Below, piece after piece: positions 16,295 through 30,082 of a stretch of 64,000 bases of DNA. Source of the DNA: Eledone cirrhosa (lineage: Eukaryota); NCBI GenBank assembly GCA_964016885.1, contig OZ024753.1:46004001-46068000 (forward strand). Direction: 5' to 3'. Under the pieces are notes generated by a model, which worked only from the letters and a program-made list of their open reading frames with translations, was not told where the DNA came from and made no database searches. A program made the position numbers and the translations under genes. Positions within the stretch are counted from its first letter, which is position 1; each line of letters begins with the position of its first letter.

Positions 16295-16607
16295 AAAAGG
16301 TATCACACGAGGACGCAATAGCGTTTCCGCAATGTAATAAGTAATTCCGCTAGAAATAAGTAATTCCGATATGTATTCCCTGTTTGTCCAAATATTATTA
16401 TTAATAAAAAACACACATAGACAACAAAAACAAAAACGTAAATTACAACACGGTCCAATACGCACGTCACATACATGAACATCCACAAATATATATATAT
16501 ATATATAAATATATATACACACATACTTCGTTCGTGCTCAGCATTCCGTTATTGGTTTTCAGTTGTACGTATTGATCAGGCACTAATTAAGTACGCAAAT
16601 TATGATG

Positions 16608-16654
<47 letters not shown>

Positions 16655-17431
16655 ACTTTCGATGAGAGACAGATAGGGAATGCCATCGATGTATGCTAAT
16701 GTTAGAATTCAAAATTTACACTTTCATTACACGAATTTCCTTGTTCGGCTGACAACTCGTCCTGTGTGTATACGTGTCTGTGTATATGTATGTATAAGTA
16801 TCAAGGAACACATGCTTACTGTGTCACTATATTGTACACACACACGCCTATCTATCTACATACATACATACATACATACATGTGTGATGTCAGTGAATGC
16901 ATAGATCGTTAGAGATGCAATAGGCAGGAATGCAGGAATGATATACGTCTTTCTTGTTAGATTTAAAACTAATCTAATTGTAATCTATTGATTACTACAA
17001 ATTTTATCGTATTCATAAATCGAGGTGTAAATTTATCGATCTGGTAAGTGTGGATGAAAAATGCCCGCAAAGTGTTCTTTTCAATATTACTGTGAATGGT
17101 CTATGATTGCTCGTTTAAATGGCGGTTTGTTAAGAAATAGATGAAACTTTTCACAATAACTTCTCTGAAGTTACGTACTTTAAAGGATTTACATGTATCT
17201 CTTTTATATTTTAGTTTTTGTGAATTCACTTTTCAGGATTTGAACATATTTGTACCGATGTGCTCCGTTATCTTGTGAATCTACCATGTCGTTTCATGTA
17301 AGACATGTTTTAATACATGTGTGTGTGTATGTATATATATATATACATGCATTAAAACATGTCTTACATATATGTATATATATATCAAGATAAATTAACG
17401 GAGCCATAGACTCTCGCTATTCCCTGTAGAT

Positions 17432-17518
17432 TATGTGCTCACCGGGGCATGCGTCCCCTGGTGGTGTCCAGCAGAAGCAAGTACACGACCAGAGGGCGCT
17501 AGGCCCGGTGTTTGCATA
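17432..17518. other. GC-rich imperfect hairpin containing two divergent CTCF-like motifs
   Basis: caccggg/cccggtg, gcgtcccctggt/accagagggcgc and gtgt/acac pair. Motifs CCACCAGGGGACGC (-, 17451-17464) and CGACCAGAGGGCGCTA (+, 17486-17501). Confidence 0.45.
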
Positions 17519-18917
17519 GCTATGACTTCCTAAATGTTTCCTGTAAACATACAGTGTTTCTTTAGAAATACGAAATTTCTATACATATTTGTATAAAGCT
17601 ATGCTTGAAGCGAAATCCTATATATATAATGGGTGCAATTGGATGGCGTTTACAGGCGATATGCCAAGATGAGCCCTCGATGCTATTGGGGAGCAGAGTA
17701 GCAATAATAATTAAGGAACAAAAAACATCAGTGTAGCATCATATACATATTTAATCATATATTAGATATGCATATGATGCAACAGTGATTCGTTGTTCCC
17801 TAATTATATATATATTGAGAGAAACAAATTTCAATTAATCAGCTTTATATTGGTATACCCACACAACAGGATTTTCGCTTATTTGAAGCTCTAAACCAGA
17901 TTCAATTATGTTATAATTCTATAAGATGTAGCTGGAAACTTCTACGAGTTCCTCATCAGACACTGTATGGATTATAATCTGTACATCTCTGTTTTCGTTT
18001 AGAGTTAGTGAATTACACAGTCTGGGAATATGAATAAAACTGAATTGAACATTTTATCTCTCAATAAAACTGAATTGAACCTTTCGTCTCGGTTTTACTA
18101 TAAAAACATTGTAACTTATATCAATACTAATCTGATTGCTGTACAGATATCCACTAGTGTCTATATTCAATATCCTATTCACGTGAAATATTTCAGTATT
18201 ATAATCGGTATCAACAAAAAATGTCTTTATAAAAACAGAATATATATATATAATAAACACACGCAGAGAGAGATAGGGGTGGGGGGGATCTATCAATAAT
18301 GTGTCATTTCGTATGAACTGTAAAGACAGACTACTCTACACATTGACAATGGCCCAGCAGCTGGGGTATCTCAATAAAAACGTATATTTAATGGTTCATT
18401 TCACCTCTATACTCTCTTAGCTTTTTATATTTTTTCCCATTGTTTACAACCAGTTTTTCTTCAATATGTATTAAACCAATAAGCGCTGCAATATAATATA
18501 TTCAATGCACAGTTATGATTGCCATTAAGGAGATTTACTTACCTTGTGAAAATGCATCTTCTTCGGTCATTATTTGATGTTGATGACAAACACGTTTGTA
18601 GTTTTCTTTTTAGCCATGACGCATTGTTATAATTTTATTTATTTTTCTGTGGAGGATTAGGAAAATAATATTCGTTAAAACTATAGAATAAGAAAACTTA
18701 AACAAGGAGACGACAATATCGAACATAAACATAACATTTTGTAATAGTAATCACATTGAACCCAACATGAAAGATTTCCTGTGGGATCGTTTGATCTGTT
18801 ACGATTGACAACCGAATATGTTTTACTTTTCTATATTATATTTCTCATCTTTCTATATTATTTTCAAAATTGGTTAAATTGAAGAAGTTTAGCAATATAT
18901 AAGGAGATATCTATGAA

Positions 18918-19052
18918 ATAATTGTTTCTACTTTTGGCACAAGGCCAGTAATTATCTCAGTGCATTACTGGTACTTTATTTTATCGACCCCGTAAGGATG
19001 AAAGCAAAGTTAGCCTCGGCAAGATTTGAACTCGGACCATAAAGGGCCGTAA
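18918..19052 (-). mobile_element. tRNA-derived SINE, 5'-truncated
   Basis: Reverse complement of the core and tail of the 57352 family. Confidence 0.85.
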
Positions 19053-20180
19053 GAAATAATGCGATGAAGACGAAAATGAAATAAGTCGACGAAGATGAAG
19101 AAGAAGACGAAGAACATAAATGTAAAATATAACGGAGCAGAATAAAGATATATGTATGATTTCAAAGTTTGATATTTCCAAAAAGAATGTACACAATATA
19201 TATGAAGAGGTGTAGGTGTAATAAAGCGGATATGTCTAATAGTGAACTAATGAATACATAACAAGAAGTGAGATAGGAAATATATATACAAAAATATAAG
19301 TGAAACATAACGAAGGCTTACAAAACTACGTCAGATTATGTTGTGTATAACATTTTAAGTAAGTAGCCTTCACATGAACTGGATTGTTGCCATATCAAAT
19401 AGTAAACATCACTCAAAGTTAACGTTTTAATATAGACCATAAATAATACAAGAAAAGTTATACAAGATAGCACAAAAGAACGGGGAAATGAATGACAAAT
19501 AGACATTAAATAGGAATCTGAAGATTGAATATGATTTTGAATGAATATATTCAACATTAAAGAAAAACATCGATAATTTTTGAGCCCTTATCTGAAATAT
19601 AGTTTCATATAAAGTGATTAGAGTTCAAATGCGTTCATGAGCAGTTCAATTCTGATTAGTAGGGTGTCGTAGTTATATAGTGTGGATGCTGGGTATTTTA
19701 TTTCGATGCAACCAATCTCTCCTAGGGTGCGAAAACAAAAGATTTCTTACAGTGAAAAAGGGAGTCAGAGAGAGGAAAGTGAGAAGAAATATATATAAAG
19801 AATCGGCCCAAAGAATGGACTGGTACTCAGTTTGTTCACCCTAAAATTATCAAAGACAAAATCCAGCTCAGCGGAATTCCGACGTTCCAAACATTCTTCT
19901 AGTTTCCCAAATATCCGATTTGAAATAGTGAAAATAATATCACGACTGTGAATGTATGATGGACATCTTTTGTCAGTATTTACTTAGATACAAATTGAAA
20001 TGTTGCAATAGATTTAGAGATACCATTTTGAAACTGAGCTTGGACTAATAAACAATAAGAGGGGGGTTTAATATATAAAGTTCATATGGCAGAACTAATG
20101 ACGGAATTCATCCTATTTCAAACGAGAAAAAAAGAGCAGAAAGAAATACAGAAAATTAAGAAAGACGGCAAAATAGAGGA

Positions 20181-20455
20181 AATGAGAGTACTAGAAAGTA
20201 ATAATAAATAAACTCCAGAGATGGTTGAAGGTAAATGAGAGTACTAGAAAGTAATAATAAATAAATTCCAGAGAGGGTTGAAGGTAAATGAGAGTACTAG
20301 ATAGTAATAATAAATAAGCTCCAGAGATGGTTGAAGGTAAATGAGAGTACTAGATAGTAATAATAAATAAACTCCAGCGATGGTTGAAGGTAAATGAGAG
20401 TACTAGATAGTAATAATAAATACAAAGACAAAATCTAGAGAGGATTGAAGGTAAA
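20181..20455 (+). repeat. 53-bp tandem repeat, about 5 copies
   Basis: Unit aatgagagtactagaaagtaataataaataaactccagagatggttgaaggta starts at 20181, 20234, 20287, 20340 and 20393. Confidence 0.95.
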
Positions 20456-21285
20456 CATAAACCTGTAGAGCAAATATTTCTTACTGGCAAAGATAAAAAA
20501 GTATAAGCAAACTATTTCTACGTTCACCTTAAAGTAGGATCTTCTGAAACATATCTATCCCTAGATACAAACAAATATTTCGAAATGTTTACGTGGAGAT
20601 ATTGCCTTTAAAAATAAAAAGACTTAAAGAAATCATATAATCTCATCACAACTATTGAGTATTCCTGGAGTGAAATTTGAACGCTCCATGCTCAATTACA
20701 CATTATAAAACATCTTCAAAATATGTAGTTAAATACACATATATATATATATATATATATATTTACATATTTGACTAGATGCTGAATTATTTACAATTTT
20801 CTATGTATAGCATATATCAGCTTGAAATAAGAAAATTTAAATTCAATATCAAGTGTAGTTACGACAAACTTCACTTGTGATATGTCGTGATCAATATCAG
20901 TGAGGAATTAATATGTTGAAAAAAAAACAACATTGTCGATGATTATCCATGCAACGCGTACCTGGATTACAACACAATTTCGACAGTTTGTTACAATATA
21001 TACAAAGATTAAAACAAACATGGATATATGGTAGAATAGTATATATACTACAATAATAGTATATATGTACCTGGGTGTATATTTGTGTGGAAACAATGTA
21101 GTTTTTAATAATTGTTTTATCAATGCACTGGATTTCAATCTTACAACTAGTGTATTGGTGACTTCAGTATTTCACATGCAACAAAGATATGATTAACCAT
21201 CATTTTAAATATGTTTCTTTAATGGGTGAACACGTGCATGAAATCTGAGAAAAATTATTTATCTATATATTCAAATGTCATCTAA

Positions 21286-21318
<33 letters not shown>

Positions 21319-21328
21319 TACACACATA

Positions 21329-21397
21329 CAGGATGCACCTCAAAAATGTATGCACTTTTAAGTGATTTAATGTTGAAGTTTGTATATATTTTGGGGG

Positions 21398-21401
<4 letters not shown>
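21329..21401. mobile_element. Degenerate Tc1/mariner-type MITE
   Basis: Similar to 25015-25117 and 28470-28573; the right TIR is truncated by (TA)n. Confidence 0.55.
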
Positions 21402-21489
<88 letters not shown>

Positions 21490-21920
21490 ATGTGTGTGTG
21501 TGTGTGTGTGTGTCAGTTCTACCTACATGTATGATTGACTTATCTAAACTACACACTGTCTTTCAAATTTGACACAATACTTAACATTTTACGTACAGTT
21601 ATAAATGAAAGAAATACCCTTTAATCTTTCTTTAAATGCCACAATTTACTATATTGACATTTTCATTACATACCGTCATTTTAGCCAACTACTTATATCT
21701 CTATTTAGCCAATAATCTACTTCACTTAGCTTTCTGTATATTAGAAATCTAGAAGTTCTTCACTGTTTCCTAAATTATCTCCCATGCGAGAGTAATTTAC
21801 CAACAATAAAGCTATACAAAGGAATGATAGTTAAAGATACACTTTTGAAAATTTATGGATATCTAAATACTGCAGATTTCATATCTCCCTTTGCATGTCA
21901 GATCACTTAATGTATATACC

Positions 21921-21962
<42 letters not shown>

Positions 21963-22717
21963 TGTATGTATGTATGTACGTGATGAGTCTATGCTCAGTA
22001 ATTGCAGGAATCCACAGACACAGGAAGAAGCACAGTAGTATAAGTAGTGTAAGTTTAACAAGTTTATTTAATAGCAAGTTTAAGCAGACTAGCAATGGAA
22101 ATACGTCAATTGTTGTGTAGATATTTAAGATTTACAGACAGTGTCAATAGTAAAGGTTCACCAGCTGGTAGGTCAACCCGGTTTAATGAAATATTGGTGG
22201 ACAGGATTTATAAGACGAACTGATGGAATGTGTTGAAATGTTAGACGCCAGCTGTAACTGGGACTATTTCATTATACAGTGATGACGTGCAATGAATTAC
22301 TTTGCACAAGTCTGGTGCAAGAACAAAAGCCTTACACTCTACTTCTTTCTATTCCTACTCTCTCTCTCTCCTTTCCTCCCTCTATCGTTACATCACTAAC
22401 TCTCGTAAAACACATCAGCTCTATTAAGACTTAGAGGGGTGGCATCTGCCACATTAACGGTACCCAGGTTACACTATATTTCAGGACTCGACAATGCGTT
22501 TCTTTTTTCGTTTCGACGCTCTATCAATTCCGCGAATCCTCTGCCCCGGATTTTCTTTTCCTGCAGTAATACAAATAATAATCTTTTTACTTTATACTTT
22601 GTAAATTAAACACAAAATAGTTCCCAATAGTTTTGTCTCTCTGTTCAATTTTGGGTTTTTTCTTAATAGACATTTTTCTTAAAAAGCGTCAAACAATGGT
22701 TATTATATTAACGTTAA

Positions 22718-22861
22718 GGGTGGTGGATTGGCAGTATCGGTAAGGGTGTGAGTTCAAATCCCGCCGAGGTTAACTTTGCCTTTCATCCTTACGGGCTCGA
22801 TAAAATAAAAGTACCAGTAATACACTGGGATAATTGCTGGCCTTGTGCCAAAAAGTAGAAA
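22718..22861 (+). mobile_element. tRNA-derived SINE with internal deletion
   Basis: 16-bp TSD attatattaacgttaa (22702-22717 / 22862-22877). Confidence 0.9.
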
Positions 22862-22928
22862 ATTATATTAACGTTAAAATATATAACAATACCTATATTA
22901 TTCTTGTTATATTATTATAACTATATAA

Positions 22929-22980
22929 AGTACCAGTAGTGCACTGGGTAATTGCTGGCCTTGTGCCTAAAGTAGAAACA
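22929..22980 (+). mobile_element. Heavily 5'-truncated SINE insertion
   Basis: 3' 52 bp of the family with its own 18-bp TSD attattataactatataa (22911-22928 / 22981-22998). Confidence 0.85.
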
Positions 22981-23079
22981 ATTATTATAACTATATAACT
23001 ATATAACAATAGCTAATATAGATATTTTGATATCACTTTTTAAAATAATATCAAGTCCACCACAATCATCTGCCTGTCT

Positions 23080-23111
<32 letters not shown>

Positions 23112-24240
23112 CCCTCCATGTTCACCACCACCATCATCGTCATCATCATCATCATCAGTCTCATTCCCCTTTAAATTAGTCTGTCGGACCCTCCCTCTCT
23201 ACTTCTCCAAGTCCAGCAGCACCAATACCACCACCACCATCATCATCAGTCTCTCTCCAATACTATTACTGCTGCTACTAATACTACTACGAGTTTGTCT
23301 CGTTGGTTTTTTTTTCTTAATCATACACGTATTTCTCGATATAATACCATATTAAATATACATCGATAATAATCCAGGTAATCCGCAATTCTGTCACTCA
23401 TACCTCTCCTTCCTCTTACTTCTCCTTCACAGCCACCCTCTCCTTCTTTACTACATTCTTCAACTACTTCTCCCGCCCCTCTTAATCCTATCATATCCCC
23501 TCAACAACTATCTCATAACATTTTTTTCACGCCATTACATATCACATATGTGTGTGCGTGTATATATATATTATGTATATATATGTGTGTGGTGTGTGTG
23601 ATGTGTGTGTGTAACTACGTATATATATATATATGAAAACTAGGTTAAATTCATATTTTCATCTATCGAATATATATGTATATATATGTGTTTGTGTGAG
23701 TTGTTGACGGTCGTAATGATGAGTACTCAATACTCAATACAATTATGTCTAAATGTTTCTCTAGAGTTTCACCTGCTTGCTAACAGAATCTTGAGACAAC
23801 GCTAAATGTTTCAATATCAGAGACAGTATAAATAAGTATGACTTGAGATAATCGGAGATCTAAGAATGTAAGCATTGTTCCTCAGAGTAAGTTGTACATG
23901 AGTCAGAATAGACTAAATGTGAGTTTCAAGAGGAGGTATCAAATATGTTGTTTTTTAAGGTGGATTTATAGAATATATATAATGGTCCCCTCCCCCAGAA
24001 ATAAAGGATATTACATTATTCTATATCCATAATTTGATCAAATATCGCAGATGTACAGTAATGACAATACAAAAATATTGAGCATCGTGATTTATTTACA
24101 TTTAATTAAAACCATAGCAGTGTAAAGTAAACAAATAAAGTAACCAAAAAGAGGTTACAGGGTACAGAAGCTAATAATGATAGCAAGTATTTGGTCCCCA
24201 CCCAATTCAGAAATGCTTCCACCGACGTTGTGTGTGTGTG

Positions 24241-24284
<44 letters not shown>

Positions 24285-24384
24285 TATATACATATATATA
24301 TATATATAGTAATAATAATTTGAAGAAGATCCCGTTAAGGGTGAAAGCAGCGATTCTTTGCTTAAACTTTAATCTATTATTTTA

Positions 24385-24419
<35 letters not shown>

Positions 24420-25014
24420 CTCTGAGTAAGAGAGAGATGTTTATAGATTTACCTGTATACGTCTCTGTATTGTGTGTGCGAGCTCATGTGGTTGAAATAG
24501 TGAGACAGAGTAGATTCCTAAATTCATCATTGCCTATACTACATATTAGATTGTAGATTAAAATATTGGAAATTGATTGATTGAGCTGATATTAAGGAAA
24601 GTAAGAACATAGATTCCCTAATAAAGAAATATAGAATTCTCTTTCTCTGTACGCGTGTGTGCGTGTGTGGTGTGCGTGTGTGCGTGTGTGTGTGTGTATA
24701 CGAGTGCATTGTTGCCGTGAAAAACGATGACAGCTTTATGAATTATGGAAAGTGCGCTATGACGTAAAAACATTGATGTGTTTCCTACATAAAGACTTCA
24801 CGTGTTGTAATAGTGAAATATTAGAAATATTTCAGAAACTTGATGATGCGGACCTCACACTAATATTGATGGATCACAATACTATATGAGCTCATAAACC
24901 TCATAACAGATTTTATTACTTCTCTCTCTCACACACACTTCCTCACCCTCACTATCAATTTTCTCACGTCATTTCCTTCCTCATCTTCTGTGTGTGTGTA
25001 TATATATACATATA

Positions 25015-25117
25015 CAGGGTATCCCTCAAAAATATATATACACACTTTGATTACCTGTACGGGGAATATTTATGAGAATGCTATTGAAGTGTGTATACAT
25101 TTTTTTGGGACACCCAG
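25015..25117. mobile_element. Tc1/mariner-type MITE (~103 bp)
   Basis: Imperfect TIRs cagggtatccctcaaaaa / ttttttgggacacccag, flanked by TA. Confidence 0.75.
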
Positions 25118-25173
25118 TATATATATATATACAACATATGAATAAATGGAAACTATATTTATAAAACCATAAT

Positions 25174-25239
25174 TATTTTATTATATATATTTCAAGGGCA
25201 ACCAAGGCAAATTATGGTGCGCTTTCATCAGATAAAATA
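25174..25239 (-). ncRNA. Minimal type I hammerhead ribozyme
   Basis: Minus strand reads tattttat CTGATGA aagcgcacca-taatttgcct-tggttgccctt GAAA tatata TA ataaaata. Stem I is a perfect 8 bp, stem II pairs, and stem III is palindromic. Confidence 0.8.
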
Positions 25240-25322
25240 CAGATTTGTTTTATAAATAAATATTGACATACCCGGAAAAAAAGACAACCTGAACGGTTGA
25301 AGTTCCCTGGATACTATATTCA

Positions 25323-25325
<3 letters not shown>

Positions 25326-25376
<51 letters not shown>

Positions 25377-25494
25377 GCATGCGTGTCAAAAATGCTGCCT
25401 GTTTGTGTAAGACAATTGTGGCGGTATCTGTGTTTAGGTGTGCATAGATATGTGTGTGTGTGTATGTGCATGTTTGTCTGTGTGGGTTTGCATA

Positions 25495-25531
<37 letters not shown>

Positions 25532-26022
25532 ATGTCTGTGTGTGGGTTTGCATATGTGAGTGTGTGTGTGTGTGCATGTCTGTCTGTGTGGGTTTGCATA
25601 TGTGAGTGTGTGTGTGTGTGTGCATGTCTGTGTGTGGGTTTGCATATGTGTGTGCATGTCTGTCTGTGTGGGTTTGCATATGTGAGTGTGTGTGTGTGTG
25701 TGTGCTTGTAAAGATAAAAACATTGAATGAAAGAGAAGTAGATATCGAGTAGAAAGAATGAAAGAGAACAAGTATGACAGGGGGTGGGGGTAAGAGAGAG
25801 ATAGAGCTTTAAGTAATCTGATGTAGAGATATAGAGATAGATAGGGAGGGAGAAATTGGAGAGGGAGAGAGCTAGAGGAGATAGAGATTGAGAAAAGAGA
25901 GAGAGTTATTGAGTGAGATAGAGAAAGAGTGAGAAAGAGAGAGAGTGTGATTGAGTGAGATAGAGGGAGAGAAACGAGAAGAGAGAGATTAAGAAGTGAG
26001 AGGATGGAAACGAGAGAGACAG

Positions 26023-26059
<37 letters not shown>

Positions 26060-26340
26060 GTGTGCGTGTGTGTGCGTGTGTGTGCATGTGCGTGTGTGCA
26101 TGTGTGTGTGTGTGTGTGCGAGATAGAGCGCACCTGAGAGAGAAGCAAGTGATAAAGTGGCATAGAAAAAGAGAGTGAAAGATATATAGAAGGAGAGTGA
26201 AAGATATATAGAAAGAGAGTGATGTGTAGAGAGAAAGAGAGTGATGTGTAGAGAGAAAGAGAGTGATGTGTAGAGAGAAAGAGAGTGATGTGTAGAGAGA
26301 AAGAGAGTGATGTGTAGAGAGAAAAAGATGAAGTAAAAGT
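25326..26340. repeat. (TG)n/(GA)n compound region with minisatellites
   Basis: gcatgtctgtgtgtgggtttgcatatgtga units at 25468-25705 and a 22-bp unit gatgtgtagagagaaagagagt x5 at 26221-26325. Confidence 0.9.
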
Positions 26341-26754
26341 TAGAAATGAAATAGAAGGACTGTGAAAAGAATGACTAATTGTTTAGAAGAGAAATTACTA
26401 TATAAAAGACAGGTGAATGGGTCATAATTAGAGAGAAGGAGAGAAGAAGAGTTTATAGGAAAGTAGGATAAAATGAAAACTACTTGAATGTGCAGAAAAT
26501 CAAACACTTCAACATATGGTTTCTAGCAGCATATTCTACTTGCGTTTGTTTGCCATGTCTCCTGGCACCATCTTAACGCTGTATTACAATGGGTTGCACG
26601 TAGGTTCAGGTGCAACAGAAGTTCGGTGACAAAAGACTAATTGTTAAATAGCTTCTTGGAAATTACTTCTTTTCGGGCAATACTCAATTGATGGCATTTC
26701 AAAAGAAGTCATGCAAACACAAACTATCTCATAACTGCAGTAATATATATGCTT

Positions 26755-26789
26755 ACGTATGTACGTATATAGCTATGTATGTATATATA

Positions 26790-26829
<40 letters not shown>

Positions 26830-26867
26830 GTACATGTGTATATATATATATATATATATAAACGTAC

Positions 26868-26903
<36 letters not shown>

Positions 26904-26958
26904 GTACATGTGTATGTATATATATATATATATATATATATAAACGTACATGTGTATG

Positions 26959-26994
<36 letters not shown>

Positions 26995-27010
26995 TATAAA
27001 CGTACATGTG

Positions 27011-27065
<55 letters not shown>

Positions 27066-27108
27066 GTACATGTGTATATATATATATATATATATAAACG
27101 TACATGTG

Positions 27109-27147
<39 letters not shown>

Positions 27148-27156
27148 GTACATGTG

Positions 27157-27219
<63 letters not shown>

Positions 27220-27228
27220 GTAGATGTG

Positions 27229-27275
<47 letters not shown>

Positions 27276-27354
27276 TTATGTATATATAAATATGTATATT
27301 TATGTATATATATTTATGTATATATAAATATGTATATATATTCATACGCACACC

Positions 27355-27390
<36 letters not shown>
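26755..27390. repeat. (TA)n tract with recurring aaacgtacatgtg spacer
   Basis: About nine spacer copies separated by variable TA runs. Confidence 0.9.
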
Positions 27391-27391
<1 letters not shown>

Positions 27392-27587
27392 GTTTCAACG
27401 TATGGCAGTATTACATGTGTGCGTTCATTCCCATATACATACATACAGACTGGCCAATAATACTCAATAGAGGAAAATCTAAATGTATATATGTATTTCT
27501 CTTTACTTATATCATATCATGTATCTATGCATGAATATATCTTATCGAGCCTTCTTTGGATTTTGGTCTTCAAATTTATTATTATTG

Positions 27588-27632
<45 letters not shown>

Positions 27633-28469
27633 ATTAAAACAACAGGAGTCTTAAAATGTTAATGTTGAAAAAAAACCTATATAGATATATATTGAAGGAC
27701 CAGTTCTATTCAGTGGTGAACCACACAACATTATATATATATAATATATATATATACATACATACATACATACACGTTGAACTTACCTCGAATTCAGATT
27801 TAACTTCGGAATTCGACATCTCATTTATAAGGGTCACAAAAACATTCTACCATTCTTTGTTTGGCAACAGTCATAGGAGAAAACAAACAGTTTGCTTTCA
27901 TGAATATGGTGTCAAACGAGTGTCTTATGGAAACCAACCGTCCCCACACGATAGAGCTGGAGACCCAAGGGAAAGCTCCCGAAGTTACTGTAGGTTATTA
28001 AATGTTCTTCCTCCTGGTCTATTCCTATGTCTCCTGTTGATTACGTTTGTCGGTAAAATCGCTTACCTAACTTATATATTTAAATAATATATTTAACGAA
28101 CCGCATGAAAAAGTTGGGAAAATATGACAATATAAGAAGCGTACACAGTACAAGTTTAGAGTAAGAAAGTTATTTACTCAGGCTGAATAAGATGTGTATC
28201 ATGCTGTTATTTTTGGTAGACAGGTTCTGCATATAGCAAACGTAAATTACTGGAAGTTCGATCTGTCATCGAAACACTATCGTTATATAGGTTTATTGTT
28301 CAGCTATTTAAATTCTTTATTCAGCAACATTTCTAGACATGAAGTGAGGAGGGGAAGATGTCGTTCCATCTTATCAAATGTAGAATATTGTGGATGAGTT
28401 TTAATCAATTTAATTTCTCTATTGGCAATGAACAAATAACAATGAGACACAAACTCACACATATATATG

Positions 28470-28573
28470 CAGGGTGTCCCAAAAATATTGTATATACACT
28501 TTGATTATGTTGTACAGGCAATCTTTATTAGAATGCACATCCTTTTCTGTATACATTTTTGGGAGACACCCTG
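28470..28573. mobile_element. Tc1/mariner-type MITE (~104 bp)
   Basis: TIRs cagggtgtcccaaaaat / atttttgggagacaccctg; interior similar to the 25015 copy. Confidence 0.75.
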
Positions 28574-29304
28574 TGTATATATATAAACACAGACATACAT
28601 ATACGAATACATAAACGCACACATGCAGATATATACATACATATATATATATATATATTGGTCAATATATTATCGACTCATTCAGTAATTTCGCATAATC
28701 AATCATAATCCTATTGAAATATGTATTCGTTCTATTCATCATGTTATTAATTGGCGAAATTTCCCACCGTCAGTAAAGCGATTCTAAGCGGGAATCAGAG
28801 AAGTGAGAAACCCAATTTAGCGACCAATTCTCTTTGCACTTATCACAATTCTACAATCGGATCAATCGAACATAACTGAAAACCTGTAAAATGAGGTATT
28901 TCTTCATGCGTATAAACAGCCTCACATTGACAAGTGTTCAAACAATATATATATATATATATTCATGTGTGTGCATATGTGTATATATAAATATGCATAT
29001 ATATATATATATATATATATTTTCATGTGTGGGCATATGTGAATATATATGAATATGTATATATACACATAGATATATTTGTGTAGATGTGTATAAACAT
29101 ATATATATATATATATATACGTATGTGTATCTGTTTATGTGTGTAGAGTTATGTTATGTGGAATTCATTCAATTTCGCCAATGAAACAATGGAAAGTGAC
29201 AGCACTTCCATGTTGAAATGAAAGCTGCTGAATGAGTTGTCCGTCGATAAAAAAAAAATTACCGGAACACAAAGATGCCAACAGATACAGAGTGAAGCAT
29301 CAAT

Positions 29305-29984
29305 ATATACCCAAAATATATACACACACACACACATATATATTATATATATATATATATATACACATATACATATATACACACATATATATACACATAT
29401 ACATACATACACACATATATATACACATACATACATACACATATATATACACATACATACATATACACACATATATACACATACACGTATACATATATAC
29501 ATACACATGCATACATATATATATATACACACATGCATACATATATATATACACACATGCATACATATATATATATACACACATATATATATATACACAC
29601 ATATATATATATACACACATGCATACATACATATATATACATGCATACATACATATATATACATGCATACATATACATACATATACATGCATACATATAC
29701 ATACATACATACATACATACATAAAATATACATACATACATAAATATACATATATATATATATACATACATACATAAATATACATACATATATATATACA
29801 TACATACATACATACATACATACATACATACATACACATACACATACATACACATACATATATATATACATACATATATATATAAATACACATATATATA
29901 TAAATATACATACATGTACATTTATATGTAATATATTATATATACACATATATGCATGTATATATATATATATGTATTCATATG

Positions 29985-30019
<35 letters not shown>

Positions 30020-30082
30020 TCATATGTATGTATGTATATATATATATATATATATATATTCATACATATACACACATATATA
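29305..30082. repeat. (TA/CA/TACA)n compound microsatellite
   Basis: Source of several spurious ORFs. Confidence 0.95.

Noticed and set aside
17925-17962. CTGATGA plus hairpin on the minus strand
   Set aside because: No GAAA follows the hairpin and there is no stem I.
20181-20455. CRISPR-like array
   Set aside because: Units are tandem with no unique spacers, and the context is eukaryotic.
21981-22473. Possible solo LTR (TG...CA with minus-strand TATAAA and AATAAA)
   Set aside because: No TSD, no clear terminal inverted repeat and no second copy in the window.
27656-28087. 143-aa plus-strand ORF
   Set aside because: It runs through a microsatellite and shows no recognisable motif or splice support.
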